Assembly: GCA_012959435.1 (NCBI GenBank)
Contig: DUDF01000113.1
Span: 3,730-67,729 of the forward strand
Direction of reading: 5' to 3'
Origin: Candidatus Poseidoniales archaeon
Lineage (GTDB): Archaea; Thermoplasmatota; Poseidoniia; Poseidoniales; Thalassarchaeaceae
DNA length: 64,000 nucleotides
The notes below the pieces were generated by a model. The model ran no database searches and had not been told where the DNA came from. It was given only the letters and a program-made list of their open reading frames with translations. The position numbers were made by a program, and so were the translations under genes. Each line of letters starts with the position of its first letter. The stretch's first letter is position 1. Shown here one piece after another: positions 36,511 through 47,101 of the stretch.

Positions 36511-38703
36511 ATGCTCAGCGAGGCGCAGACCAGACTTCTGCGACTTCTGTCCACCTTCCCTGACACATTGGAGGATGCTTGGGATGTGCCTCGTGAACTC
36601 TCTCTTCCCGGTTTAGCAGACCGTTTAGGAGTTGTACGCTCAGCACTAAACCCACCTATTTCTTCACTTGAGAAAGATGAACTCGTGCACACTCGGAAAG
36701 CCCATGTGATAGGCGGCGGGCATCGGAAACGAACAGTTATTCACATTACTGAAAAGGGCCGAAACATTGCTGCAGGATTTGAACCAGAAGATAAGATTGA
36801 GACAGGCGGAGAAATTCAGGGGGAAATGCCAGCACTCACACATATTCACGGTAGAGAAGAATTGCTTCTTGAAGTTATGAATGAACTAGAAAACGGTGCT
36901 ACAATACAAGTTGTAGGACTTCCAGGAATAGGTAAAACCTCACTGCTAAGAGTATTAGCGGAAAATGCACTTTCTGAAGGATGGAATGTAAATTGGATTA
37001 CTGTACAATCCTTCCATGATGTAGGGAAATTATCGTCAGACCTATTGGCCCTAGGAGATGGGCCTAAGGACATTGAAGCAGCGCTTTCAGGCGTGCTTGA
37101 TATCGCTGAGAAAACATTGTTTGTAATTGATGAATTACAGGCAGTGCATGAGCGTCACAAAGCCGAAGTTATGGCATTAGTAGAGGCGTTGGCAGAGAGT
37201 AATGACATTACCATCGCTATCGGTTGTCGGGCACCTTCACCGATCGAAACTGGAACTGTTTTCAAAATAGATGAAATCTCAGAAGATGATGCTAGAAAGT
37301 TACTTCCTGAAGGATTGGAAGATTCTATTTTCCAACAAGTGATTAGTGGTTTAGGGGGCCACCCTTTAGCACTGAAACTTTGGCAACCAGGTCATTCTCT
37401 CCCGCAGGCAGATGACCGAATTCAAGAATTTATTCGTACTGATGTTGTGGAAAAACTACCTATTGAAGAAATTACAACTTTAGATGAATTGGCTGCCTCT
37501 CCATTACCCGTTTTAGCCGACCAAATGTCCAATGATGAGGGGGTTGAACCTCTAGACGAGGCTGCATTGTTGCGCTGGAGTGGAGAAGAACTTGAACTTC
37601 AACACCTAGTTAGGAATGTTCGTCGCACCATGTGGAGTGATGATGAAGCAAGGGAAATTCACTCTTTAGCAGCAACATACTGGGCTCAAAGAATTGAACC
37701 AGAAGCAAGAATACATGAGGCTCACCACAGAGTTCAAGCAGCAAATTCAGAATCTTCTGATGAAGTTTCTAACTCTCTTGAGGATGGTATTCAAGATATG
37801 TTGACAATTGATTCCGCTGCAGCGGCTGCAATAATTTCAGATGCTATCCGAATCCTTCCTGATGCCCATCGTTTACGCCTACTATCTGCCAAAGTTGCAA
37901 TCGAGCGGGGTGAAGGTGAACTCGCAGAAAAGGAGTTGAGCCAATGCGATAAAGACCTACAAAAAGAGATGCAATGGCGGTTGCTTAGCGCCCGTACCAA
38001 GAGATTACGGGGGGAATTCGATGAAGCAAACAAAGAAGAGAATTTAGTTCTCGAAGAAGCAGACCCAACTCTAGCTTCAAAAATCAGACTCAATCGTTTA
38101 ATCCTTGGACTAGAAGATAGACTACCAGGTAAAACCGAAGAAAAAACCCGTGATGCTGTTGAAAAAGGGATTTCAGAAGTTGACCTCTCGGCTTTGACTG
38201 CGAACAATCGCAAAGCGGCTTTAGTCACGATTGCTGCTATCCGCCACTCATTAGCCTTAGAAGCAGGAAACCCTGAAGTGGCAGCAAAAATACGCACTGA
38301 TTTGGCGACTACTGCTAGCCCTAATGACCCTGTAATTGAGGAAATGTCTGCCCGCGCAGCCTTGGTCTTTGGAAGCGACCCAACTCGTGTCAGGAGTCTT
38401 ATTTCAAGAACCAGTAACCCACTCAGAAGATGTGCACTTGGGCTTCTCTTGGTCAACCATGCCCACCAACAAAATAACTCAGATATTGCTGAAATTTTGG
38501 CCACCGTTGAACACCCCCCTGATATGGGTACGACCACCGCTAGACGTCTATCAGCACAACACTGGTATTGGCGGGGTCTAATTGATTCAAGGCAACGAGT
38601 GAAATGCTGGCAAGAAGCATTGCATCGTTTTGGTATGGCTGAATGTGCGAATGCTTACATCCAGTTACAACACAAACTGCATGATGCTATTCGTCTCATC
38701 TGA
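36511..38703 (+). CDS. wHTH / P-loop NTPase (AAA_16/STAND-like) / C-terminal helical-repeat protein
   Basis: 730 aa. N-terminal wHTH. Walker A VGLPGIGKTSLL. Walker B LFVIDELQ. About 400-aa alpha-helical repeat tail. Divergent from uvrC. Confidence 0.7.
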   Translation: MLSEAQTRLLRLLSTFPDTLEDAWDVPRELSLPGLADRLGVVRSALNPPISSLEKDELVHTRKAHVIGGGHRKRTVIHITEKGRNIAAGFEPEDKIETGGEIQGEMPALTHIHGREELLLEVMNELENGATIQVVGLPGIGKTSLLRVLAENALSEGWNVNWITVQSFHDVGKLSSDLLALGDGPKDIEAALSGVLDIAEKTLFVIDELQAVHERHKAEVMALVEALAESNDITIAIGCRAPSPIETGTVFKIDEISEDDARKLLPEGLEDSIFQQVISGLGGHPLALKLWQPGHSLPQADDRIQEFIRTDVVEKLPIEEITTLDELAASPLPVLADQMSNDEGVEPLDEAALLRWSGEELELQHLVRNVRRTMWSDDEAREIHSLAATYWAQRIEPEARIHEAHHRVQAANSESSDEVSNSLEDGIQDMLTIDSAAAAAIISDAIRILPDAHRLRLLSAKVAIERGEGELAEKELSQCDKDLQKEMQWRLLSARTKRLRGEFDEANKEENLVLEEADPTLASKIRLNRLILGLEDRLPGKTEEKTRDAVEKGISEVDLSALTANNRKAALVTIAAIRHSLALEAGNPEVAAKIRTDLATTASPNDPVIEEMSARAALVFGSDPTRVRSLISRTSNPLRRCALGLLLVNHAHQQNNSDIAEILATVEHPPDMGTTTARRLSAQHWYWRGLIDSRQRVKCWQEALHRFGMAECANAYIQLQHKLHDAIRLI

Positions 38704-38722
38704 TGAAAATCTTGTCTTCGAT

Positions 38723-41700
38723 TCACCAGTTGTCATCATCTAAATCAATGCCAGCCGACCAATCAATATCAGCACCACTCCCTGAGCCACCGCCTCCACC
38801 AACTGCACCCATTGGTGAAAGTCCTAACAACTCTCTCTCAACCTCATGAGTATTTGACTTAACTGACCGCACCTGAATTAGTTTCTCTTCTTTCGCTGCA
38901 CTCTTTTTCTTCTTACGCTTTGAGCGCAGGTAAAACAGTAAGAAAACAACTACTAGAAGGCCAATCAAATATGATAATAATTCTTGAATTAAAAAGCCGT
39001 AGCCAATTGTGAATTGGAAGCTGATTTCATCGCTTTGGTCAAATTCACAATTGTTGCTATCTTCACCAATGCAAAGTGGAATACGATACAAAATGTGCTG
39101 ACGATTACCATCAACGGTATCCTGCTCATCTCTCCCTAATGATGAGGTGAATTCCAACTCTAAACCTGTTGGCATGGTTAACTCAATAACCACTGCAGGT
39201 CGAATATCTAAATCTTGATCATTGTTTGGGTTTCCATCCATATCAGAGTCTGTTCCACTATCAATGTCCTCCACCATGAATATTGGCGGTACATTTTCAA
39301 TTATGGGCTCAGGCGGCAATGTAACCACACCATCAGATCCCTTTGCATCTCTAATATCAAATACATCTAACATTCCATTCATTAATGATGGAATTGCACC
39401 CTGGGCAGAGGCTGTGCTGACAGTAATTGCACCATCAAGATATTTTGCTCTGATAATGGTTCTATCCAATTGTAGCGTGAACTTAATTGGTTTATCGTCA
39501 TTGATGATTCCGTTATACGGCCTCTCCATTCTATCAACTGAAGCCGAAAAGTGAAGACTGGAAAGGTCAACACTCAATTGTTCATCAGATTGTTGTACGC
39601 TAGATATTTCATTATTTATCATATCAGCAAGCGAATTTGCAAATGCTTGTAAACCATCATTTGAAAGTTCAAGTTGGTGTGTTTCAGTTCCTAAGGGGAC
39701 TTCAATTGTTTTACCAACTAAGCCGTTGAGACCACCCTCCTGCTCATCACCATATGCAACTATATGGCGGATTAAATCTGATGGAATTGTTTTGATATCT
39801 ACACCAACATCTTCAATCAAAACTTGCGGGACTTCAATCCTATACAACTCAATTGATATCTGTCCCTCCACCACCAATTCAATTTCTTGACTCCACTCAT
39901 GTATCTCAAATTCCGGGAGATTGAACGCGGCATGAATTTGGATACATGAACGCCAATCAGATTTGCAAATCAAATCGGGGCTTGAGTCACTACATACTGC
40001 TGAAACATCACAAATCGGATTACTCCAACGACGATGATACGGATTAGGTCCCGTTATCGCCAAGGGAGCTCCCTCACCGCTTTCACTTGAAGCCATGAGA
40101 GTGATTGAATGTGGGTCACCTACATCAGAAGCAATCCAATCAGGCAGTAATACTCTGACCTCGATTTCGGTTGGTGGTAACCAATCTGGAAGGCTCTCAG
40201 AAATGAAAGAAGTGTCTAACTGATGCTGATAAACAAGCACAGAAAGTAATGCCGAGACATCTTTTTGGGGTATTGAAGTGACATTTTCTAGTCCTGCCTT
40301 ACCTGAAATAAGACTAGTCAACTTCTCTAAAGGGTCAGCCGAAAATGGTTTGCTTGAAGTGATCATGGTGACTGGGAAAGACCCATCCATCGCACTACCC
40401 CCACTCAGACAATGGGTGACTGGCACCAATTCAGCACAAGTAACACTAGGCGTATGGGTGAAGTTCAACCCTCCAGAAGCATCTGGTTGTTTCCAAGTCA
40501 CAGGGTTCATGACAATTTCTGTTTCAGAGGCGCTCAAAACTGCTGACTCAATATCCCTCAATGGAATCATATCAGAAAAGTCGTCTAAATCAAGTAACCC
40601 ATATTCATGGGCCATTCGGATTCCATCACTAGTAATCCAAGGCAATTCGATATTACCATTTCCAAGAGAAAATCCCCAATCATCTAATACTGATTCAGGT
40701 AGATAATGGATATCCATTTCAGCGCTAATACTGCTACGTGTTTCATCTCTAAGATCAACTTCTGCATATATTGAAATCCCATGGTCAACATTCGGGTCAA
40801 TAAATACTGAATTGGTTGTACCATTACGATATATGCTGGTGATTGAAGCGTTTGTCAGAGTATTTCCATCACCTTGGATACTAAATCCATCGGTAACCCA
40901 TGAGCCTGAATTGTATTGCACGCTCCCTTGCTGATGAGGTACCAAATTACCACCTCCGCCAACTGATGAGAGTGTAGCATAATTTGGTGGGATTAACTCA
41001 AATGTTGAGCGGTGGCCTGCTCTTGAAACTAAAGTGAAATTTGAGGTTACAGCCGCACCCATTGTAAGCAATCCTTGAAACGCCCTCTCCACATCAAGTT
41101 CTGAATCTGTAACTCCTAGAATATCTGAGCCAACTTGGATTTGTGCTACCGAACGTAAGCACAAAGGTGGATAGAATGCATTATTGGGTAATCCTAGAAC
41201 TTCGTCTATTGAATCTTCATTCATATCGTCAGTACATTGGATATTCTGACCTTCAATGGTCACCTGATTGACGATTTGGCTCTCTACTTCAGCAGAGCCG
41301 TCGTAGGTATCGTTCACCAAACCTTCTACAGCGGCTGAAAACTCATTGAGAATGAGTTGTCGCACCTGTAAACCTGAGTTAGTAGTATAACCGAGATAAT
41401 TACGAATGTAATCTACAGGTGCACCGCTGTTATTTCCATCAAAACCGCCCCCTAAATCCATATCTTGAAGACCAATCACTGAACGATTAAATTCGTGCAT
41501 TTCCCATTCAAGAGTCAAAGTAATAGTTGTTGTATTGTGCATCTCAAACTGATAATGAGAACGCACCCATTCACTGGACTGAGTCAAATCATGAGCAAAA
41601 TTGTAATCATCACAAATCCCTGTCCCATTACTCCAAGTTCCACAATAAGTGTTGGTTACATCAGGGGTGCCAGGAGGAGGGTCGGCAAGAACAGGAAGTG

Positions 41701-41779
41701 ATGAGAGCAATGGGACGATTAAAAGGGCGAATATCGCCTGTTTTCGGGAATTGCTAATCGACTTCACGGACCCCAACAC
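38723..41779 (-). CDS. Large secreted surface protein, C-terminal TM, Gly-rich acidic tail ending DDDNW
   Basis: 1018 aa. Signal peptide. TM LIGLLVVVFLLFYL plus RSKRKKKK. Tail GGGGGSGSGADIDWSAGIDLDDDNW. Confidence 0.7.
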   Translation of the reverse strand: MLGSVKSISNSRKQAIFALLIVPLLSSLPVLADPPPGTPDVTNTYCGTWSNGTGICDDYNFAHDLTQSSEWVRSHYQFEMHNTTTITLTLEWEMHEFNRSVIGLQDMDLGGGFDGNNSGAPVDYIRNYLGYTTNSGLQVRQLILNEFSAAVEGLVNDTYDGSAEVESQIVNQVTIEGQNIQCTDDMNEDSIDEVLGLPNNAFYPPLCLRSVAQIQVGSDILGVTDSELDVERAFQGLLTMGAAVTSNFTLVSRAGHRSTFELIPPNYATLSSVGGGGNLVPHQQGSVQYNSGSWVTDGFSIQGDGNTLTNASITSIYRNGTTNSVFIDPNVDHGISIYAEVDLRDETRSSISAEMDIHYLPESVLDDWGFSLGNGNIELPWITSDGIRMAHEYGLLDLDDFSDMIPLRDIESAVLSASETEIVMNPVTWKQPDASGGLNFTHTPSVTCAELVPVTHCLSGGSAMDGSFPVTMITSSKPFSADPLEKLTSLISGKAGLENVTSIPQKDVSALLSVLVYQHQLDTSFISESLPDWLPPTEIEVRVLLPDWIASDVGDPHSITLMASSESGEGAPLAITGPNPYHRRWSNPICDVSAVCSDSSPDLICKSDWRSCIQIHAAFNLPEFEIHEWSQEIELVVEGQISIELYRIEVPQVLIEDVGVDIKTIPSDLIRHIVAYGDEQEGGLNGLVGKTIEVPLGTETHQLELSNDGLQAFANSLADMINNEISSVQQSDEQLSVDLSSLHFSASVDRMERPYNGIINDDKPIKFTLQLDRTIIRAKYLDGAITVSTASAQGAIPSLMNGMLDVFDIRDAKGSDGVVTLPPEPIIENVPPIFMVEDIDSGTDSDMDGNPNNDQDLDIRPAVVIELTMPTGLELEFTSSLGRDEQDTVDGNRQHILYRIPLCIGEDSNNCEFDQSDEISFQFTIGYGFLIQELLSYLIGLLVVVFLLFYLRSKRKKKKSAAKEEKLIQVRSVKSNTHEVERELLGLSPMGAVGGGGGSGSGADIDWSAGIDLDDDNW

Positions 41780-41863
41780 CTCCCACCTGTAGTTGCATAG
41801 TCAGTCTCTATTCATTTAATTTGGTTCCCCCGCCACGGACTAAGCGAAGGAGGGTCTTTCAGG

Positions 41864-42760
41864 GTGTCAATGCGTGACAAAAAACAAACACCTCATTCCA
41901 AATTGCTGGATAGTTTAGGTGATTTCCTCGGAGAAAAAGGACGGGGAGGGGAACTACTCGAATCAGCGCCGTCAAAATGGGAAAAACATGGTGACCTTAT
42001 CTTACTTCCAACTGACTCTTTTAGTGGTTGGGATAACTTAGCAGGGACGGAACTATGGGAATTAGTTGCCAACTCACTAGGTGGAAAAAGACTAGGAATA
42101 AAAGGTGAGATATCTGGTTCTGAGCGCAGACCTGATGTAGAATTGCTATTGGGTAAAGAAGGATGGGTGACCCACAAGGAGTACGGGATTGAATATTCAT
42201 TTGATGTCAGAAAATCAATGTTTTCAGCAGGTAATTTGCCTGAAAGAGGTAGATTGGGTGAACTTGATTGTAAAGGTGAAATCATTCTAGATTTGTATGC
42301 TGGAATTGGATACTACACATTGCCGTTGTTAGCACGCGCTGAAGCGGCGCATGTACACGCCTGTGAATGGTCAGAAGATGCGGTTTTTGCTCTGAATCAT
42401 AATCTAATAGCAAATGGTGTTAGTGATAACTGTACAATTCATGCTGGTGACAATCAAGTTTCATTGAACACCGGCGGTAGTGCAGCAGCCGTAATTGGTA
42501 CATGTGACCGTGTAATTCTCGGCCTACTACCATCGTCAGAAAATGGTTGGAATCTAGCTCTTTCAGCTCTCAAACAAGAAGGTGGGATCCTACATCTTCA
42601 TGGAAATGCACAAGGTGGAAATGAAATTGAATGGGCTGAAGGAGTCGCATCCGATTTGGGAAATATGAGTGGCCGTAAAGCCACCGTGCAACATCTAGTC
42701 AAAGTAAAGTGGTACGCACCACATATACGCCATTGTGTTGCTGATATCAAAATCAGTTGA
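41864..42760 (+). CDS. Trm5/Taw2-family (Met-10+ like) SAM-dependent tRNA modification enzyme
   Basis: 298 aa. ILDLYAGIGYYTLPLL (motif I). ACEWSEDAVFALNHNLIANGV. GDN. Gap between motifs typical of Trm5/TYW2. Confidence 0.6.
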   Translation: MSMRDKKQTPHSKLLDSLGDFLGEKGRGGELLESAPSKWEKHGDLILLPTDSFSGWDNLAGTELWELVANSLGGKRLGIKGEISGSERRPDVELLLGKEGWVTHKEYGIEYSFDVRKSMFSAGNLPERGRLGELDCKGEIILDLYAGIGYYTLPLLARAEAAHVHACEWSEDAVFALNHNLIANGVSDNCTIHAGDNQVSLNTGGSAAAVIGTCDRVILGLLPSSENGWNLALSALKQEGGILHLHGNAQGGNEIEWAEGVASDLGNMSGRKATVQHLVKVKWYAPHIRHCVADIKIS

Positions 42761-42827
42761 TGGCTTACTACAATGTTCAAATTAGTCATGCGTTAGGCTC
42801 ATGGCATAGCCATGACTCCGGAATCCC

Positions 42828-44726
42828 ATGAGTGAGCCGTTGGATGCCGTTTTAGTCGGTCCTGCAGCCACTAATACATCTTACACGGAGAACGAGGCGG
42901 CTAACCGCGAAAAAAAACAGTTGAATATCGCTGTAGGTGCAACAACCATTGTCATAGTGATATTCATGGTGCTCGCATCAGTTTGGGGAACTGTCTCCTC
43001 AATAGGTGGAGGATATGGTCCAAACGGGCAATGGGAGTGGTGGGAAGTCCCCCTTGAGCACCGCCATACAATGAACCTGAATGTCACTGGTGAGCGCTCA
43101 GTACTACCTGAAGTGGGACCCTATAACTGGAGTGGCCCCACTGAATATTTTGTCGAAGTCGACCTCCCAGCTTCTGAACAAGATGCTGGTTTCCCAGGTC
43201 CAGCCCTGATGCACCTCGCACTTTGGATGCCTAATGTGCCAAACGGTACCAAAGTTCCTGTAATTGCAACTGTTCACCCCTACTATGACTTCGGAGGTGA
43301 AGGACTTCCAGGAGCCGGGGATGATTCTAACCCAAACACAGTTCCTGACGGAGGAATTGGTCAATGGGTTCTTGACCAATTTGTCCCTTATGGCTACGCA
43401 TTGGCTCAAATTTCCACCTTTGGAACTGGAAAATCAACTCATTGCCAAGACGTAAAAGGACTTGGTGAACAAACTGGAATTCAAGCCGCTGTCCACTGGT
43501 TAGGCGAGCAAGAATGGAGTAATGGAAATGTTGGCTTGATGGGTAAATCATACGCTGGCACCACTAATTGGGAAGCGGCCCAAAATCCATCCCCACACCT
43601 GAAAACTATCGTGCCAATTTCTGGCTCAATTGGAGTTCAACAAATGTTCTACCGGAATGGATCATCTGAATCAAGGGCAATGGCTTACGATGTACTGTAC
43701 GAAGGAGCAACCACAGATGCTACCGAAGATGATTTGCGAATGTGCAGTGATGATGTGATAGGCCCAATTTCACCCTTCACAACTTGGGTCGGGGCTGGCT
43801 TTGGTGGCGATGAATGGAATGATTATTGGGATGAACGCTACCACTTACAAGATGTGCTTGATAATTACCAAGGTAGTGTATATTTGGTATGGGGATTACA
43901 AGACTGGAATGTAGACCCATACCACGCCTATCCAGCATTTGAAAGGCTGAACGCGGCTGGGATTCACACCGCAGCAATTTCTGGCCAATGGGCCCACAAC
44001 TACCCAGACCAACCAGACAGACACTCAACATTGGAGAGTGGGTATGGAGCAGAAGCATTGCCTAACATGAGTCGGATGGATTGGGCGATTGAACTGTTCA
44101 ACTGGTTCAATTACTATCTCAAGGGTGTGGGAGATGAACCCGGAGCAGTAGTGCAAATTCAGACTAACGATGGACACTGGCACGTGGAGGATACTTGGCC
44201 ACCAGAAGATATCACTTGGAAGGAGTATGGCCTCTCTTCATGGGATGGGGGATTCCTCGGTACGGTTTCAGCCACCCAAAGCATGACTATTACCTCACCA
44301 CCATTAGAAAGTGATTTACATATTTCTGGCCTTGTGAAATTGCACTTTAATGTCCGAACTTCCGCTTGTAATGGCGGTCAAATGTTTGCAACTATGTATG
44401 ATGGAACCGATAATTTGCGCCTGGGTCATGCTACCATGGATGTGAGATATCGAGATGGTGGGTATGAATCTCAAGCGACTCTACCACTCAACGATTATCG
44501 GATGTTGATGGAATTCAATCCGATGGATGTTAGGATCCCTGCAGGTCACACAATTCAGTTGGTGATAACTGAATCAGGTGAGGACTACTTGCCTTCACCA
44601 TGTGCTGCGGTTGGCTTAGTGATTGTTGGTGGTAAAGAATTGCTAAGCTTACCTATTATTGACCGACCAGAAGGTGATTCACACTGGTTTACAGTGCCGC
44701 AACTTGACACTGAACAAGATATTTGA
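42828..44726 (+). CDS. CocE/NonD-family (peptidase S15, X-Pro dipeptidyl-peptidase-like) hydrolase, N-terminal membrane anchor
   Basis: 632 aa. N-terminal TM. LMGKSYAG nucleophile elbow. C-terminal beta-sandwich-like region. Confidence 0.72.
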   Translation: MSEPLDAVLVGPAATNTSYTENEAANREKKQLNIAVGATTIVIVIFMVLASVWGTVSSIGGGYGPNGQWEWWEVPLEHRHTMNLNVTGERSVLPEVGPYNWSGPTEYFVEVDLPASEQDAGFPGPALMHLALWMPNVPNGTKVPVIATVHPYYDFGGEGLPGAGDDSNPNTVPDGGIGQWVLDQFVPYGYALAQISTFGTGKSTHCQDVKGLGEQTGIQAAVHWLGEQEWSNGNVGLMGKSYAGTTNWEAAQNPSPHLKTIVPISGSIGVQQMFYRNGSSESRAMAYDVLYEGATTDATEDDLRMCSDDVIGPISPFTTWVGAGFGGDEWNDYWDERYHLQDVLDNYQGSVYLVWGLQDWNVDPYHAYPAFERLNAAGIHTAAISGQWAHNYPDQPDRHSTLESGYGAEALPNMSRMDWAIELFNWFNYYLKGVGDEPGAVVQIQTNDGHWHVEDTWPPEDITWKEYGLSSWDGGFLGTVSATQSMTITSPPLESDLHISGLVKLHFNVRTSACNGGQMFATMYDGTDNLRLGHATMDVRYRDGGYESQATLPLNDYRMLMEFNPMDVRIPAGHTIQLVITESGEDYLPSPCAAVGLVIVGGKELLSLPIIDRPEGDSHWFTVPQLDTEQDI

Positions 44727-45968
44727 TCAATTTTCGTATTGGAAAATCCCATCCCAGATTTCATCCAATCGTGACAATGTTTTATTGGGCTCTAATACAG
44801 ATATTTTCTCAAGACTACCCAGTGGTTCAGAATCGTTCTTACCCCCTTCACGGTTTAGTAACCCAAGTTCAAGCAATTTATTTAATGCATCATCAACCTC
44901 AAAATTAACTTCTACACCATGTTCAGCCAACCATTTTTCAATTCGTTCATCAAGGGAATTCATTGTGTATTGCTGTTCACTATCTAACAACAAAAATGAG
45001 TAAGCAAGCAACGCTTCCTTCACCTCTTGTTCCTCTGAAAAATCAATCACCATATTGATGACTGCCTGATTATTTGCTTGACCTTTGAAGTAAAGGTCTT
45101 TAGAAACTTGTGAAAGATATGCCTCTTTGGTCTTCATGTATTTAGTCCAAGACTTGAGAATATAAGTTGCCAGTGCCGAAATGATACCACCGATAAGTGC
45201 AAGCGAAGTCTCCCCAGACCCAAAGCCAAAGAGAAGCGGGCCGAATTTCATACCAAGGGTGGCTAGTCCACCTATCAATGGAGCCAATATTTTCACCTGG
45301 TCAATTCGTCTCATGTTAGGTGATGTATTTGGGAAAATGACCTCCAAATCAAGTTTTGGAATAGTTTTGAATAGTCTCAAGTGCAAGCCTTTTGCCTCAG
45401 TCCCAGGGTAATTCCCCAAGGTTTTGTTGTTCTCAAACCACGCTCGTTCACGAAATTGCATTACTTGAATGATACGCTCATACACCTCCACATCTACCTG
45501 TGTGGGCTCCTTTCTTAGGATGAGTTTAGCAAACAGTGAAGGGTCGCGAACATTTTTGATTGTTTTTTCACCAAGTTTGAAAGTTTTTAAGAGTTTGAAC
45601 TCGTCAAGCCTAACATCTAGGCTTATCGGAAATATATCCTCGCCATCCAATGCTGCTTGCATTTCTTTATCTGTAATTTCTAACCAGTTCCCATCAGTTA
45701 GGGCTTTGCTGAATTGGTTTACAAAAGTTGTTGAGTCAAAAATTTCAGTTATTTCATCCGTTGAATCGGGATCGAAATCTGAGTAAAGTTGTTTTAGAGA
45801 TTCTTGAGTAGAATGCATGCGATGGTGCCAAAGACCTTCCAATAAATTTGAAATTTCGGATAAATCATCTGAGTTTTCGCCGGCTTCTGCGAGTAAAAGC
45901 CGCTTTATTTCAGCGCGGCTAATAGGAATAAAATGCTGGCTTGACACACCCTGAACCATTGTGACCAC
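44727..45968 (-). CDS. Hypothetical membrane-associated protein
   Basis: 413 aa. Central hydrophobic pair ILAPLIGGLATLGMKFGPLLFGFGSGETSLALIGGIISALATYIL. Confidence 0.5.
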   Translation of the reverse strand: MVTMVQGVSSQHFIPISRAEIKRLLLAEAGENSDDLSEISNLLEGLWHHRMHSTQESLKQLYSDFDPDSTDEITEIFDSTTFVNQFSKALTDGNWLEITDKEMQAALDGEDIFPISLDVRLDEFKLLKTFKLGEKTIKNVRDPSLFAKLILRKEPTQVDVEVYERIIQVMQFRERAWFENNKTLGNYPGTEAKGLHLRLFKTIPKLDLEVIFPNTSPNMRRIDQVKILAPLIGGLATLGMKFGPLLFGFGSGETSLALIGGIISALATYILKSWTKYMKTKEAYLSQVSKDLYFKGQANNQAVINMVIDFSEEQEVKEALLAYSFLLLDSEQQYTMNSLDERIEKWLAEHGVEVNFEVDDALNKLLELGLLNREGGKNDSEPLGSLEKISVLEPNKTLSRLDEIWDGIFQYEN

Positions 45969-46077
45969 TTTTCCAACACTTATGATAACCTTTCAATACA
46001 CCCCATAACTTCAGTCTGTAAAAAGTGGTTATCACACCACGTTAAAACGAGTAAATCCATTCTAATTTATCAAAATG

Positions 46078-47013
46078 TTACTCTTCTTCAGTAGAGGTCT
46101 TTTTTCGGGTTGGACCATATTCCAAGAACCAGTCGTCATCAAGTTCATCCTCCTTTCTTTCAATGGCATTTCTCAAAATAATCCCATGATGTGTGTGTAA
46201 TTTTCTATCACGCATGGCAGAATTTATTTCTTTTTCAATTTCCCTGAGATCTTTTAATAAAGATACCTCGGAAATGGCGGCATCAAATAAACGGAAATTT
46301 TTAGTCCTAAAGAAACGTATGAAAGCGTATATTGGAATTAGTCCTATTGGAATGATTAGTTCAGATGAAAGAGCAGAAAAAAGCCATGAAAGAGACACCT
46401 CAAATCCTTCAATATGGTATTGATTTGTAAATCCTACACCTGGAACAAAGAAGAATCCTGAGGATGCCCCATACATTGTGAATGGTGTATCATCTTCGTC
46501 AAAAGTGTCACTACCTCTATCCTCTTCAATTAGGTCAGGCCAGCCATCATTGTCATCATCTAAATCAACAATATCTGGTATGGTATCAAAATCGCTATCC
46601 AGCGGGGTGCTAGAAGCATTGAATATGTCATATTTCATCAATGCGTTTGAAGAAGCCACTTCTAACTCGTTCGATATTCCATCACCATCAATGTCGTCAT
46701 CAAGAATATCTGGAATCCAATCTTGGTCAATATCTCTACACCCCATCATATGGATTCTACTTAACCCGTAAGTATTTGGACAATCATCAGAGATATTGGT
46801 ATTGGGCTGGTCTGCATATCCATCGCCATCACTATCTGACCACGCATCAGGGTGGTTTGGAAAATCATCATCAGAATCATTGTATCCATCATTATCAGAA
46901 TCAATAAAAGAAGGTTGAATTAATAGTTCAATACTGTTTATCTCTTGAGGGAAAGCAATCAATAAGGCAAAACTGACTACTAACGGGAGTAGCCATGCTC
47001 TCTTGAACATCAT
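46078..47013 (-). CDS. Small TSP3-repeat membrane protein with cytoplasmic tail
   Basis: 311 aa. Signal peptide. DSDNDGYNDSDDD and DSDGDGYADQ repeats. TM. Tail ...DDDWFLEYG. Confidence 0.7.
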   Translation of the reverse strand: MMFKRAWLLPLVVSFALLIAFPQEINSIELLIQPSFIDSDNDGYNDSDDDFPNHPDAWSDSDGDGYADQPNTNISDDCPNTYGLSRIHMMGCRDIDQDWIPDILDDDIDGDGISNELEVASSNALMKYDIFNASSTPLDSDFDTIPDIVDLDDDNDGWPDLIEEDRGSDTFDEDDTPFTMYGASSGFFFVPGVGFTNQYHIEGFEVSLSWLFSALSSELIIPIGLIPIYAFIRFFRTKNFRLFDAAISEVSLLKDLREIEKEINSAMRDRKLHTHHGIILRNAIERKEDELDDDWFLEYGPTRKKTSTEEE

Positions 47014-47101
47014 ATTTGCCGAGCGCTGTCTTGTTTATGAAATCGTATTACTTGTTTTAAGTTAGGAACAACGAAAAGGGTGACACCCTTCGTCACAATT
47101 A

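Noticed and set aside
41780-41863. Mobile element or integration hotspot signs (integrase, transposase, terminal inverted repeats)
   Set aside because: None found anywhere in the window. The accessory character comes from surface-protein genes, not from a recognisable mobile element.
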